Below are positions 24,496 to 35,557 of a stretch of 64,000 nucleotides of DNA, in pieces. The stretch's first letter is position 1; each line of letters starts with the position of its first letter. Both the position numbers and the translations under genes were made by a program. The notes under the pieces are model-generated. The model was not told the DNA's origin. It ran no database searches and saw only the letters and a program-made list of their open reading frames with translations. The stretch is from Phoronis australis (lineage: Eukaryota > Animalia > Phoronida): contig NMRA01000006.1 of assembly GCA_002633005.1 (NCBI GenBank), positions 1,043,697 to 1,107,696 on the forward strand, written 5' to 3'.

Positions 24496-24887
24496 GTCAG
24501 GCGGGATATGACGTCATGTCTCCTGTCTACAGCCACTTGACATCGGAAACAATGATCGAACAAATCCACAAAAATTAACTTAACATTCTGAAAAGAGCTA
24601 CAGCACATTGTATTAGGATTTATTTTTATTCTTGATACTCTCTCTGACCATATTTCGTGATTGTTTTCTATCTATTTCCTCATTTAAGCAGACCGCGTTC
24701 AATGCTTAAACTTGGATTAATTTTTTTCGATTTACAAAAAATATGTGGAGAAGTGAACATTCTGACGGGATAAAAACATAGTAATTCTATTCTTTCTTTT
24801 CAAAAACTGTTGGAAAGCAAGCATTTTCTGGTTAAGCAGGGCGTGGCCTCCTTAAACTTGGAATAGTCGTCTTGCCTGTTCATTACC

Positions 24888-25391
24888 TATTTAGTGAAAC
24901 AGATTACAATACTTTGTAAAAGCAATTTAGTGAAACAGATTACAATACTTTGTAAAAGCTATTTAGTGAGACAGATTACAATACTTTGTAAAAGCTATTT
25001 AGTGAAACAGATTACATTACTTTGTAAAAGCAATTTAGTGAAACAGATTACAATACTTTGTAAAAGCTATTTAGTGAGACAGATTACAATACTTTGTAAA
25101 AGCAATTTAGTGAAACAGATTACAATACTTTGTAAAAGCTATTTAGTGAGACAGATTACAATACTTTTTAAAAGCTATTTAGTGAAACAGATTACAATAC
25201 TTTGTAAAAGCAATTTAGTGAAACAGATTACAATACTTTGTAAAAGCTATTTAGTGAGACAGATTACAATACTTTGTAAAAGCTATTTAGTGAGAAAGAT
25301 TACAATACTTTGTAAAAGCTATTTAGTGAGACAGATTACAATACTTTGTAAAAGCTATTTAGTGAAACAGATTACAATACTTTGTAAAAGC
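24888..25391. repeat. 36-bp minisatellite x14 (TATTTAGTGARACAGATTACAATACTTTGTAAAAGC)
   Basis: Head-to-tail copies with no spacers; produces the repetitive ORF 24894-25445. Confidence 0.95.
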
Positions 25392-26941
25392 AAGTGTTTC
25401 TTTGTTGTTACTACTCTGAACACATTAGCGATCTTTTTAAATTAATTTCAAGTTCATGTAGTGCTTAAAGCAGTATTTGGTTTGACGTTTCAAGGGTTTT
25501 GTAACATGTTTAGCTTTTGATGCGATGTCAGTTTCATACAATAGTCAGTGTAATCCTCAAGTGATGAGCACATTTTTTGGAAAGCTGGTCACACCAAACA
25601 AGTCACGTAGTTATGTTTGTGTAGGTGCACCTTATGGACGTCAGGACAGAAATAGTGGAGGGTTGTCAAGGTTATTGATGCGTATGCAACACTGCTGTAA
25701 CTACAACGTCATTATCTGAATGGACAGATTTATGTTTATGTTCTTAAGTTACCAACAAATTACAATACCACGTACTGTGCAAAGGTGCAAAGTCTAGCTT
25801 AAAGTAGTTTTCAAAATAAACTGGACACCGTCAAAACTTGGGTTTCGACGCCCACAAATCGCTAAGTATTCATTTCTTTTCGCTTAGAATCCTTTTCAAT
25901 TCTAACTAAATTTCAGCAAAAGCTCGACAGATGCTGCTCCATTTAAGTAGTCGAAATTGCGACATTTTACTTTGTAAGTCCATTCACAAACAATTAGCGG
26001 CTAGGCGCAATGTCACATTCATGTCCAACAAAAGTTCGATTTAATTGCCAAACAATTTCGGCAAAAAGTTATCCAAGTATAGAATAACCAATAAGAGTTC
26101 TATCAAAGTCTGTCATTTTTGAAAACTTTGGTGCGTGTACCATTGAACTGCAACACCGCAACATCCCGACTCCAGCACATATTTTGTTGTACCATTTAGC
26201 AGCTAGATAATAAATTTTCAAAGACAAGTGGACTGGGCAGACTCGATTAGACACGTGCTGTGTAGGAATGGTTCTCTTTTGAAAAAATATGTATCCCGCA
26301 CTGCACGCTGACTGTGACCTTAGACATTATTGCAACAAATGCTCAAATTTTGCACAATGTATGACTTCTCGATAGTTGTTTTTTTGTAAATTACACAGAA
26401 AAGTCAACTGTGTCACAGTAACAAGTTGCATGTTTGGCACAAGTAGGCTATTCACGTGATGTGACCAACAGATGGCGTGTGTGAAGATACGAATACAGTA
26501 CCTTCAATAATTTACTTCTCAATGTAAATGAGCTTTCCAGGTTGTATACGTGCGTCTGTTGATGTCAATTTTGTTTTTTGTGCTAGTTTTAGCAGGTGGA
26601 ATAGAAAACTTGCACGTACAGTTGTACTACTTTGCTTTACTATTTAGACAGATTTGTACAAACACTTTACATATCACGTTCTCCCCTGGATATTCGCATG
26701 ATACAGCCGGCAGGTCCTTATGCAAATCTCTTTCCACGAATCAAGACTGACGAACGACCTGTATCTGACTTCGTCGTAGCCCCCATGTGGTTTAGTTTTT
26801 GAAAGTACTCCATCAGTCATCAGTGGCGGATTTACGGGGGGGCCAAGAGGGCCATGGGCCCTAAAATTCTAGCAGATACCGTTTGACTAGCACATGCGCG
26901 CATCCAAGGGGGGCTCGGGGGGTGAATAAACAATGCATAGG

Positions 26942-27091
26942 NNNNNNNNNNNNNNNNNNNNNNNNNNNNNNNNNNNNNNNNNNNNNNNNNNNNNNNNNNN
27001 NNNNNNNNNNNNNNNNNNNNNNNNNNNNNNNNNNNNNNNNNNNNNNNNNNNNNNNNNNNNNNNNNNNNNNNNNNNNNNNNNNNNNNNNNNN
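26942..27091. other. Assembly gap (N run), next to a CAGTGGCGGAT-type MITE end at 26821
   Basis: 150 N; flanking 26859-26910 resembles 35090-35150. Confidence 1.
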
Positions 27092-29487
27092 GCTTCTGGT
27101 CATGCAGTTCCCACGAAGATCACCCTAGTCACTTAACTGCAAGATCACGTGTGGCTCCAACACATTTTCGGTATTCAGTATTTCCAAAAGACGGGTTTAT
27201 TGATCAGGATGGTGTAATGGCACTGCTTATCTGGCCGCTGCAAATCGATGCCTCGGTTGAATTTGTAAAATTCTTCTTCAGCAGTTGTAACAATATTTCA
27301 GTTATTGTTTGAATAATTACTGATACAACAGTTTGGAAGTGTTCAGAGCTCACTGGAAAATGAGATAACCCCTTCCGAGGAGTACTAGAATGACCAAATG
27401 AAAATTTCTCTGAGTGGGACGGCCTGCTGTGTTAGATTGCAGCCATTTCCGTGAGGGGGCGCATTATGAGATGGTGTCTTATCTAATACACGTAGGACGA
27501 TACAGGTGTGTAACTTAGTCCCTCCGGCCACTGCCGCTCCAAAACTGTAGGGCTTCCACAGTTTGACTGGTGTTCTTAGTTCTCGTCGGCATATTGCCGA
27601 CATCTTGAATCAGTCGACCTTTCCAAAAAAGTCTAAGACAATATTTTTTATCAATAATCAGATGCAACACGGCACGAACTCCAAATTTCAATATTTTCTC
27701 ATTTTTCACCAAATTCATTTGCAAATTATATGAAAATGCGAACCTTTAAACGAGGAAACTTTCAAGTTTACATTTGACATGTATTTGAATGAGGTGGAAA
27801 ACGTCAACATAGAATTGCCAAATGAAAGTACTCTAGAAACCTTGCTTCTACAACTCAGAATCTATTGACTGACTTTTGAAGACAAAGCAATTCGTACATA
27901 CATATTATCTTAATTAATCTCACGTCAGACAATCTCACTTACAGCGGTTCGCGTATTTTATGAGCCAATATCCTCCACTGAATAAAGGGCTTCAAACTGT
28001 ATTCTCAAAATGCGGTACTCTGACCTGCAAGTGTATGCCCTTCTTAACTACTCTTGACATTCTTCAGGTGAAAATATCGATAACTTTGCCATTATGACGC
28101 TACGAGGTGTGCTTCACAAAAAGTAGTCTTCAATTGCATCCTTCCGTGGATTCAGGTCAATGAGCGCTGAATTGTTCGCGATCTTGGTAGGCCTTTGAAA
28201 ACACGCGAGTTTTCTAAAGGGTCAAAAACAACATGAAACGACAATGGGAGATAACCCTGATCCGACCGCTAACAATGGCTCCCACGTTAAAAGTATTTGT
28301 GGGATTTTGACCTATGACCATGCATTTATTTCATTCGTGACCCGCCATCTAGTCTACCTGAAAAGTGAAAATACTCGTTCAAAACAAGTTGCTCACCGCT
28401 CATCGTGCACGCCTGAGCGCTCCTTTGTAAGGCGGGGTCATTAGGAGACGGACGTGTCGTCGAGAGAAAAGACTGTTGGTGTGATATTTATATCAGCTCG
28501 AAAAGGTTAGTTCATTTGCTACAATTTCAGAGAGGCTAAGCATTATTTCCAAATATATCAAACTCCAGTTAACGCAGCAGCTACACTGGTAGGTATTGGG
28601 CTGCATTTTTGATCCGTGACGATTACGTCGAAATTAAAATGGCAGTAAGTAAACCACACCAAAAACATAACTATAAATAAATGTACATGGGGTGAGCAAA
28701 CTCTTTCCATGGACACTATGACAGTAATGATGAACAAGCGGTAGTCAATTATTCTTAATAAGTTCAAATATATATCATATAGTATCATTTATCTTCAGTA
28801 TGCGGATCAAGGTTATATTTGGAGTAGAATAGTTAATTTTACCCGCTGTCTCAGGGCCAGAGAGCCGAATGCTCAACGCAGCATCATGCAGTATGCATGA
28901 GTTTGTATGCTTAACCACTCGCGGTATTCGGACCGATTCCGTTGAAGTTACAATAAATTATCGAGTAATTGAATATTCGTTCAATTTGTTGGTCTGGTCT
29001 ACTCTACAAATTTTTGTCTCCTTGTGGTAAAGATATGACAGAGCTCTGGGTAGAGCTTAGTGGAAATGAATGCTGCAGTATTTTGTGCGAGACGAAACGG
29101 AAGTGGACGTAAACTTAGTCAGTTGTTTGTGTCGTGATTCTCCTCCGAGCGTTGCTGCATTATACACTTGTTTAATTGCATGGCCCAGATTCTGTGTGTT
29201 GTTTTTTCGTCACTTTTACTAAAAATAGTTTGTGGTAAGCGTGCCTTAGTCTGTTTGACGGAGTTCAGTTTACGTGGTACGTGATTTTGTTATGTGCGGT
29301 AAAGGAACACGCCCACGCCAAAAGTTGCTTTCCACCCCTTGTACGTCAGGAAGGTAAAAATGAATTTTGTTTAATATTTAACCGGCTTATTTCCGTCTCT
29401 TTTAAGCTCGCACTTGGCCAAAATGTAAAACCATGCCTAGCAAATTATAGGTAGAAATTTCGATAAACAATTTCTCTGTCAACAGGA

Positions 29488-29752
29488 CATGCGCGCACCC
29501 AGGGAGGAAAGCCTATGGGGGCTCGAACGAGCCTCCTCATTTGGTGAAGTGGGCAAAAAGGTCCGCCTCAGAGAAACAAAAAGTCTGAGGAAACGAGACA
29601 AAAGTCCATTAAAAAGGCCAGTAATGATAAAAAACTCGGCGAATGCACAATTCACAGCTCTGAACATAACATTTTTTCTTTATTTTTTAGTAAAAGGTCC
29701 ACATTCCCAAGAATTCGAGCCTCCCCCCATTGTTAGTCTGTGTGAGCGCATG
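29488..29752 (+). mobile_element. MITE of about 265 bp, CATG termini, 5-bp TSD CAGGA
   Basis: TIR CATGCGCGCACCCAG / CTGTGTGAGCGCATG; CAGGA on both sides; second copy at 58124-58369. Confidence 0.75.
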
Positions 29753-30042
29753 CAGGAACGTCTATGACTTTATTTGAGTGAGCATATTTCGGTCACGACA
29801 TCCGCGCCATTACTAGTCATGTATGGCTAGAGGTCATAGCACAAAGGGAGTCGTCGAATGCATTTACTAAGTGAGACAACACTGGAGCTGTCTCGTGGTC
29901 ATGAGCGCAGAATTGCGACTCTTCAGGATTTCCAAATCCCGGTTTTAGCATATGTCACGGACTTTGCTGTTTACCACTGTGCATCACATGCACTTTGCCT
30001 TTTCATCTTTCATTCATTGGCCTCTATATTGTAGGTATCAAA

Positions 30043-32169
30043 ATGTCAGACACTGACACGAGCGGACGAAAGACGAACAAGACTATTGAGAACATTTACG
30101 TGCCGATATGCGTGTTCCTCGCCGTAGCAGCCATTGCTCTGGCCATAACTGTGGGTGTTCTTTATAATGAGGGACAATTTTACAAAAAGAAGGCGTCTAC
30201 TAATCAAGAGAAGGCAGAAGATAACCTTCAGCTTGCCATGGTTTACAAGCAACAGGTAGACGACATGAAAAAAACAAACAAACCGTGCAAAACGCAGTCG
30301 GTCACTACAACTCAAAACATGTCCAGTCTGTCCCCATTTGACGATCTGACTCCACATGAGTACAAAGCAGTAGCCAAGTACCTTACGACAAGCCTCGGTC
30401 TTACGAAGACGAAGAGAGCTATAAATTCAAGTTACATTTTGTTAATGGACCTCGAGTTGCCTAAGAAAAGCGTCGCCTTGAACTTTCTTGACGACGGAGG
30501 CGGCAAGCCAGAGCGGCAAGCCCGCGCAGTTGTTTACCACGGCGACCGTGAACCTCCAGTGGTGGTGGAGTATGTTGTCAATACCAACGGTAATGCACTG
30601 AAGGCAATGGCATCAATCCCATGGAACAAGCGTCCCATGGATGACGTGGAGACGGAAACCATTGATAAACTCTTTCTTATGAAAATAGCAGAAGAACTAT
30701 ACCCTTTGCTCATAGAGTCGTACAAGGCTTCCTACCACAACTGCTCTGATCGCTGTCTGACGTGGTCCTGGATAAATCCTGCACACCACGAACGACAAAT
30801 ATGGTTTTACTTCACGCGCGCCGTGAATAATGAAAATAGCCATCCACTGGGATTTCAAATCCTCTTTAATGTCTCGAGTGTAAATGTCCAGGATTGGCGA
30901 GTTGTCAAGCTGGTATATAACTTTCAATCTTTCGACAGCGTTCATGATCTTTTGACTGCATATAAAAGTGGCAATCTTGCGATGCTCGACCTGCCTTGGC
31001 CTAGTGAATATTCAACGCAAAAGAAACGTCCGGCGACATCGTCTAGGCCCGCTAAAATGGCACCTGAAATGTTTGAACCCGACGGCAAACGATACACAGT
31101 CAATGGACGTCACATTGAGTACATGGGCTGGAGTTTTGATTTCCGACTTTCCACAACCAGGGGCCTTCAGCTATATGACATCCGATTCAATGATGAGAGA
31201 ATAGTGTATGAATTGGGCGCTCAAGAAACCGTCACACTGAACAGTGGAAAAGCTGCCAATGCTATGCATTACAGATACATTGAATCCGTGGACATTCTTG
31301 GTTGGAATACCTTCGAACTTTTTCGCGGTGTCGACTGCCCTCGCACAGCTGTCTTTTTTGATGTCCATCAGTATAGGGACGGCGACGTAAAACTCATCAA
31401 AAACGCCATTTGTGTGTTTGAACTGGATGCTGGCATTCCGCTAAGACGTCATTACAGTCAGAATTTTGACGAGCTAGGGAATTTTATTGATTATGGCGGC
31501 CTAGCAGACCACGTACTCGTCCTTAGAACCATCGCGTCCTTAACAAATTACGATCAAATCTACGATTACATATTCCATCAGAACGGAGCCATAGAGGTTA
31601 AATCGACGAACATTGGATATGCGTACACAACGTTTTTTGGCCTGCAGGAACAAGAGAAGCGCTATGCTTTCCAGGTGTACCCAAACGTTTCTGCCCCGGT
31701 CAATCAGGTTTTAATAAATTACAAAATTGATCTGGATATACAAGGTACAAGTAACAGGTTTGGTAGAATTAATATCAGGGAAGAAAGTGCGAGTGATCCT
31801 TGGATGGGAGGATCAACGGAAGTCTACCACGTGGGAAACCGCTACTATGCTAAGAACGAAAGCGACTTTCCGTTGAAAATGAAAACCGATGAAGGCATAC
31901 CAGCGTATTACCTTACGTTCAACGATGTTAAAAAAAACAAATATGATCATCACAGAGCCTACCGTCTGAAAAACGAAAATCCCACAGAGGTTTTCCTCAC
32001 CCCAGGGAAGGGAGTGGAGCCCGGAATATCATGGAGTAGGTATCCAGTTGCTATAACAGCTCAAAAGGACGACGAAGTCAGTAGTTCTTCCATTTACAAC
32101 GGCATCACTCCGACGCACCCTGTTGTCGATTTCCAGAGCTTCATAGACGGGGATAACCTTAAAGATCAG
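30043..32169 (+). CDS. Copper amine oxidase-like (AOC/DAO/VAP-1 family) type II membrane protein, coding exon 1; catalytic residues altered
   Basis: N-terminal TM anchor; motifs SPFDDLTPHE, LELPKK..AL.FLD, GLQLYDIRFNDERIVYEL, GVDCP, AICVFELDAGIPLRRH, TNYD, FHQNGAIEVK, KIDLDIQG. ATG at 30043 follows a TTGTAG acceptor; CAG|GTTTGT donor. Confidence 0.9.
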
Positions 32170-32748
32170 GTTTGTAGCTTGCCCGGCAATCTCATGAAAT
32201 CTTGAAATATGAAAGATAGATCTTAGTTTAATCCTTGCAAATATATTCAATGACATACATGTCAGGTTTGGCGTAATGCCTGCATGATCGAGTTGTACTT
32301 TTGTGGAGGATATTTCAATTTCGTTTGTAATATCAACGAACTTGATGACAAATGAAAGAGAAGAGTTTTATTAGGGATATTTTTAGTATTACGGCCGCAA
32401 ATCGCATTTTGGATTATTGTTGGATAGGGTGGACTTCATGAACTTACTAGTTTTGGTCTAGATCTATAAACAACAAAATCGTTGCATTTTTGTGATTTCA
32501 CCATTTCTCGCCGTGGTCTGCCAGAATTTCGCTGCAAGTCAAGACCATTGTCTTTGATCATTACACTTGAAATACTGGAGTTTTACTTTGAGACAGAACT
32601 CGGCGAAACTTTTGGGTTCGATTCCGTGGTACTTTTCTCGACGTGAATGTCTGTTTAATTAGATGCCGTTTGAGGCTTCGTAATTACGACATGGATAGTG
32701 ACATGTATTACTATTTCATAATGCTACTTTGTCTATTCCTAATCACAG

Positions 32749-33015
32749 GACATTGTTGCTTGGGTGACGATTGGCGGATTCCGCTTGCCAAGTAGCAACG
32801 AGATGCCGACGGAGACGTCTACAAGTCTTCAGATGAAATTTCTGCTTTTGCCGTTCAACTACCACGATGAAGATCCGTCTATGACGTCACCAAACTCTGT
32901 ATACGTGGACTCCGATGGCAAAGTGGAGCGATATGGCACGCCGTCGTCGAAGACGTGCTTACCTCCTATGGAGTCAAATTATAAATACAATGGAAAAGTC
33001 GTGAAAGTTCCATAA
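32749..33015 (+). CDS. Copper amine oxidase-like protein, coding exon 2 (DIVAWVTIG...FLLLPFNYHDEDPS...stop)
   Basis: TCACAG acceptor, phase 0; AOC C-terminal motifs D(L/I)VAWVT and FLLxPFNY.DEDPS; total protein 797 aa. Confidence 0.9.
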   Translation, partial: DIVAWVTIGGFRLPSSNEMPTETSTSLQMKFLLLPFNYHDEDPSMTSPNSVYVDSDGKVERYGTPSSKTCLPPMESNYKYNGKVVKVP

Positions 33016-33688
33016 ACAACAACGACGTTAACTTTTGAATGGACCTTTGACTTACGTACAGTACGTCCTAACCGTAGTGCTCCGGCTTATGGAAGCAGTT
33101 CTCAATACGTTAACAGAACTGGGGTGACTTTAGATCAGTTAGGATTACTAATTTTTTTTTTTTTAAATATCAGCATAGTCCCAGAAATCGCTTTCGCATT
33201 ACATCCAGGTTATAATTCATTGCCTTACATACATTCACTAGTAAAATAGAGTTTAGATGAGTAGGAGACACTAAAAACTATGAAAACATATTTTTGGTGT
33301 AACTGAATAATTAAAACGTTTTGTTTCGTTTTGTTATTTGTTGAAAAATTAATACATCGTGTTATACACTGAGATTTAGCCACTCGTTGTAAATGTTTTA
33401 CACTTTTTTGCGATGAAAACATGAATGTTATGTTATTTTCTTCGACAATATGGTGACACTCGCCGAAGTTATGGTTATACATTATGTTAAAATCACTTAT
33501 TTTTGTAACTGCCACTTTAATACCAAAGTGATCAAATTTCAACAAAGATAAGTAAATCATAACAATGTTTGATCATGCTTTTCGCTCCAATCCCAAAATC
33601 GTTTCTGAAGTGAGCATAAAAGATTTTAGTGAAATTGTCTGAATCTATGTGATTCATCTTCCAAATATTGTCACCAGGTCGCTTGGTC

Positions 33689-35557
33689 CTTTATTATGCA
33701 CCTATATGCGGGTGCATATTGTCGTCATGTCTGTCGATCTGGACGTCCGTGCATCAGTCGACCGATGCTGTATGCAGGGACGAATTGAAATTTTGCGGAT
33801 TCGTTGATAAGTAACTGACGACAGATAACATGATTTTCGTACCGATCCTACTACCGCTGTGGCATTTTTGCGTCCATGGCTGTATCTCCTAAACTCGGTG
33901 AAAGGATCATACGAAATTTGGCGGATGTGCTCCTATGGAAATGGCAACAGACGGCAATGAGTTTCAGATCAATCGGACTACAACTGGGCCCCCTAGTATC
34001 AAATTTATTTTTTACGTTTGTCTCTTTTTCTTTGGAGTTCAGTGAATCGTTTTTCATGAAGTTTGGCAAATAGGTTTGTATTTATAGGAGACAACAATGC
34101 TTTTCCGTTTTAGGACGGATTCGTCTAATCTGCGCCATCTAGTGGCCATTCATATTATTTCGAGTCCGTTTTTGGCGTTCGCCTCCTTTTCCGCTTAACT
34201 GCTCAAAGGATTAAATTTACGAAACTTAGCAGTTGTCATGGGCGGCGCACAATAGGGGCTGGGGAGGGGCTATAGTCCCCCACTCCTACCTATTTCAGTG
34301 CTGTGTCACCCATGGACCATTAGCGGCGCACCATGGGCGGCTGGGAAGGCTATAGGCCTCCACTTATTTCAGTGCTGCGTTGCTCATGGTTGTGTTCCTG
34401 ATGAGAGGACCATGGCTGATGTTGATTTTTTTGATGGTTTTGACAACTGTGGCGTCCTCTAGCGCTGATTTTGTATTTTTTCGACCATGACTGTAGCTCG
34501 TTATTTCGTTGCTAGAACTTTGTGAACTTTTGCAGGTGTTTTTCGATAAATGAGACAACTTTTTGGACGGTTTTGACTGCTACTGTGCGTCCTACTGGTA
34601 TTTTTAGATTTACGTATGATTTCGAGTTCCATGATGCTTTTTCATAAAATTTGGCAAACAGGTTTCTATAATGAAGACGACAGCACACTTTCATTTTCAG
34701 ATGGATTCGACTTATTCTGTGCCGGGCGGCGCAACACTGAAAAAAGTGGGGGCTAAAGCCCCCAGCCCCCCTGTGGTGCGCCGCCTATAGACCATGGGCA
34801 GCACAGCACTGAAAAAAGTGGGGGGTTATAGCCCCCCAGCCCCCTATGATGCGCCGCTCATGTTTGTGATAGTCCGGCTATTTTTGTTGTCAGTGCTTCG
34901 TGTGCAAAACCTCTCAGAGCATTGTCATTAATACTGGAAGATGTAATCCCACTGACAAGAGCACATCTGATGTAGATTTTCAGACAGGTCCAACTACTAT
35001 GACATAATTTGAAGCCGCGGCTGTATCTAGTAAATCCATTGCACGATCATGATTTGGCATAGATCTGTATACCTATTAACATATGGACCCCCCTAAAATT
35101 CTCCCAGATACCATTTGGCAGTTTGCTGACTAGCATATGCGCGCATCCAGGAGCGAATGCACAATGCCTTGAACCGTTTTTTTTTAGTAATAAGGTTCAC
35201 AAACCTAAAATTTGGAGACGCCTGCATCCCTACATTTTAGGCTGGGCGCGCGCATGTGCTGAAATTCAGGTTTTTCCTGTGCTCTTCCCCCCTAACTCAA
35301 AATCCTGGATCCGCCCCTGGGATTCAACTTCCGCTGTGTCTCCTAATGACAAATTTTCATATCTGCCTCTTTATCTTTGGAATTCCTTGGCGTATTTTCA
35401 AGAAACTTGGTAAATTTTGTATTAGCGACACCATCCCAATTTTGGACGTATTCTGCGCCATCTGATGGCCATTTTTATGATACTAAGTAACACCCCAAGA
35501 AGCACACAGTTTGCGGTGCAGTCGTGTGCGCATTTCAACGCTCTGCATGGCTCTTGT
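33689..35557 (-). mobile_element. Diverged reverse copy of the Helentron/HINE-like element with nested MITEs
   Basis: 35530-35557 is the reverse complement of the element 5' end (ACAAGAGC..GCAGAGCGTTGAAATGCGC); core monomers (GCGCCATCTAGTGGCCAT, TTTTCATGAAGTTTGGC); terminal hairpin ATGCACC..GGTGCAT near 33696-33718. Confidence 0.65.
34237..34388. mobile_element. Short CATG-terminal MITE (tandem dimer) with 5-bp TSD GTTGT; a related inverted unit lies at 34722-34862
   Basis: GTTGT|CATGGGCGGCGCAC...TGCGTTGCTCATG|GTTGT. Confidence 0.6.

Noticed and set aside
18168-25391. 27-bp and 36-bp arrays as CRISPR arrays
   Set aside because: Head-to-tail repeats without unique spacers, no cas genes, eukaryotic context.
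29995-30042. ORF-track N-terminus (and the C-terminal VCSLPGNLMKS at 32170-32205) of the amine oxidase ORF
   Set aside because: Non-ATG start within a polypyrimidine tract/acceptor; the tail is read-through into the intron.
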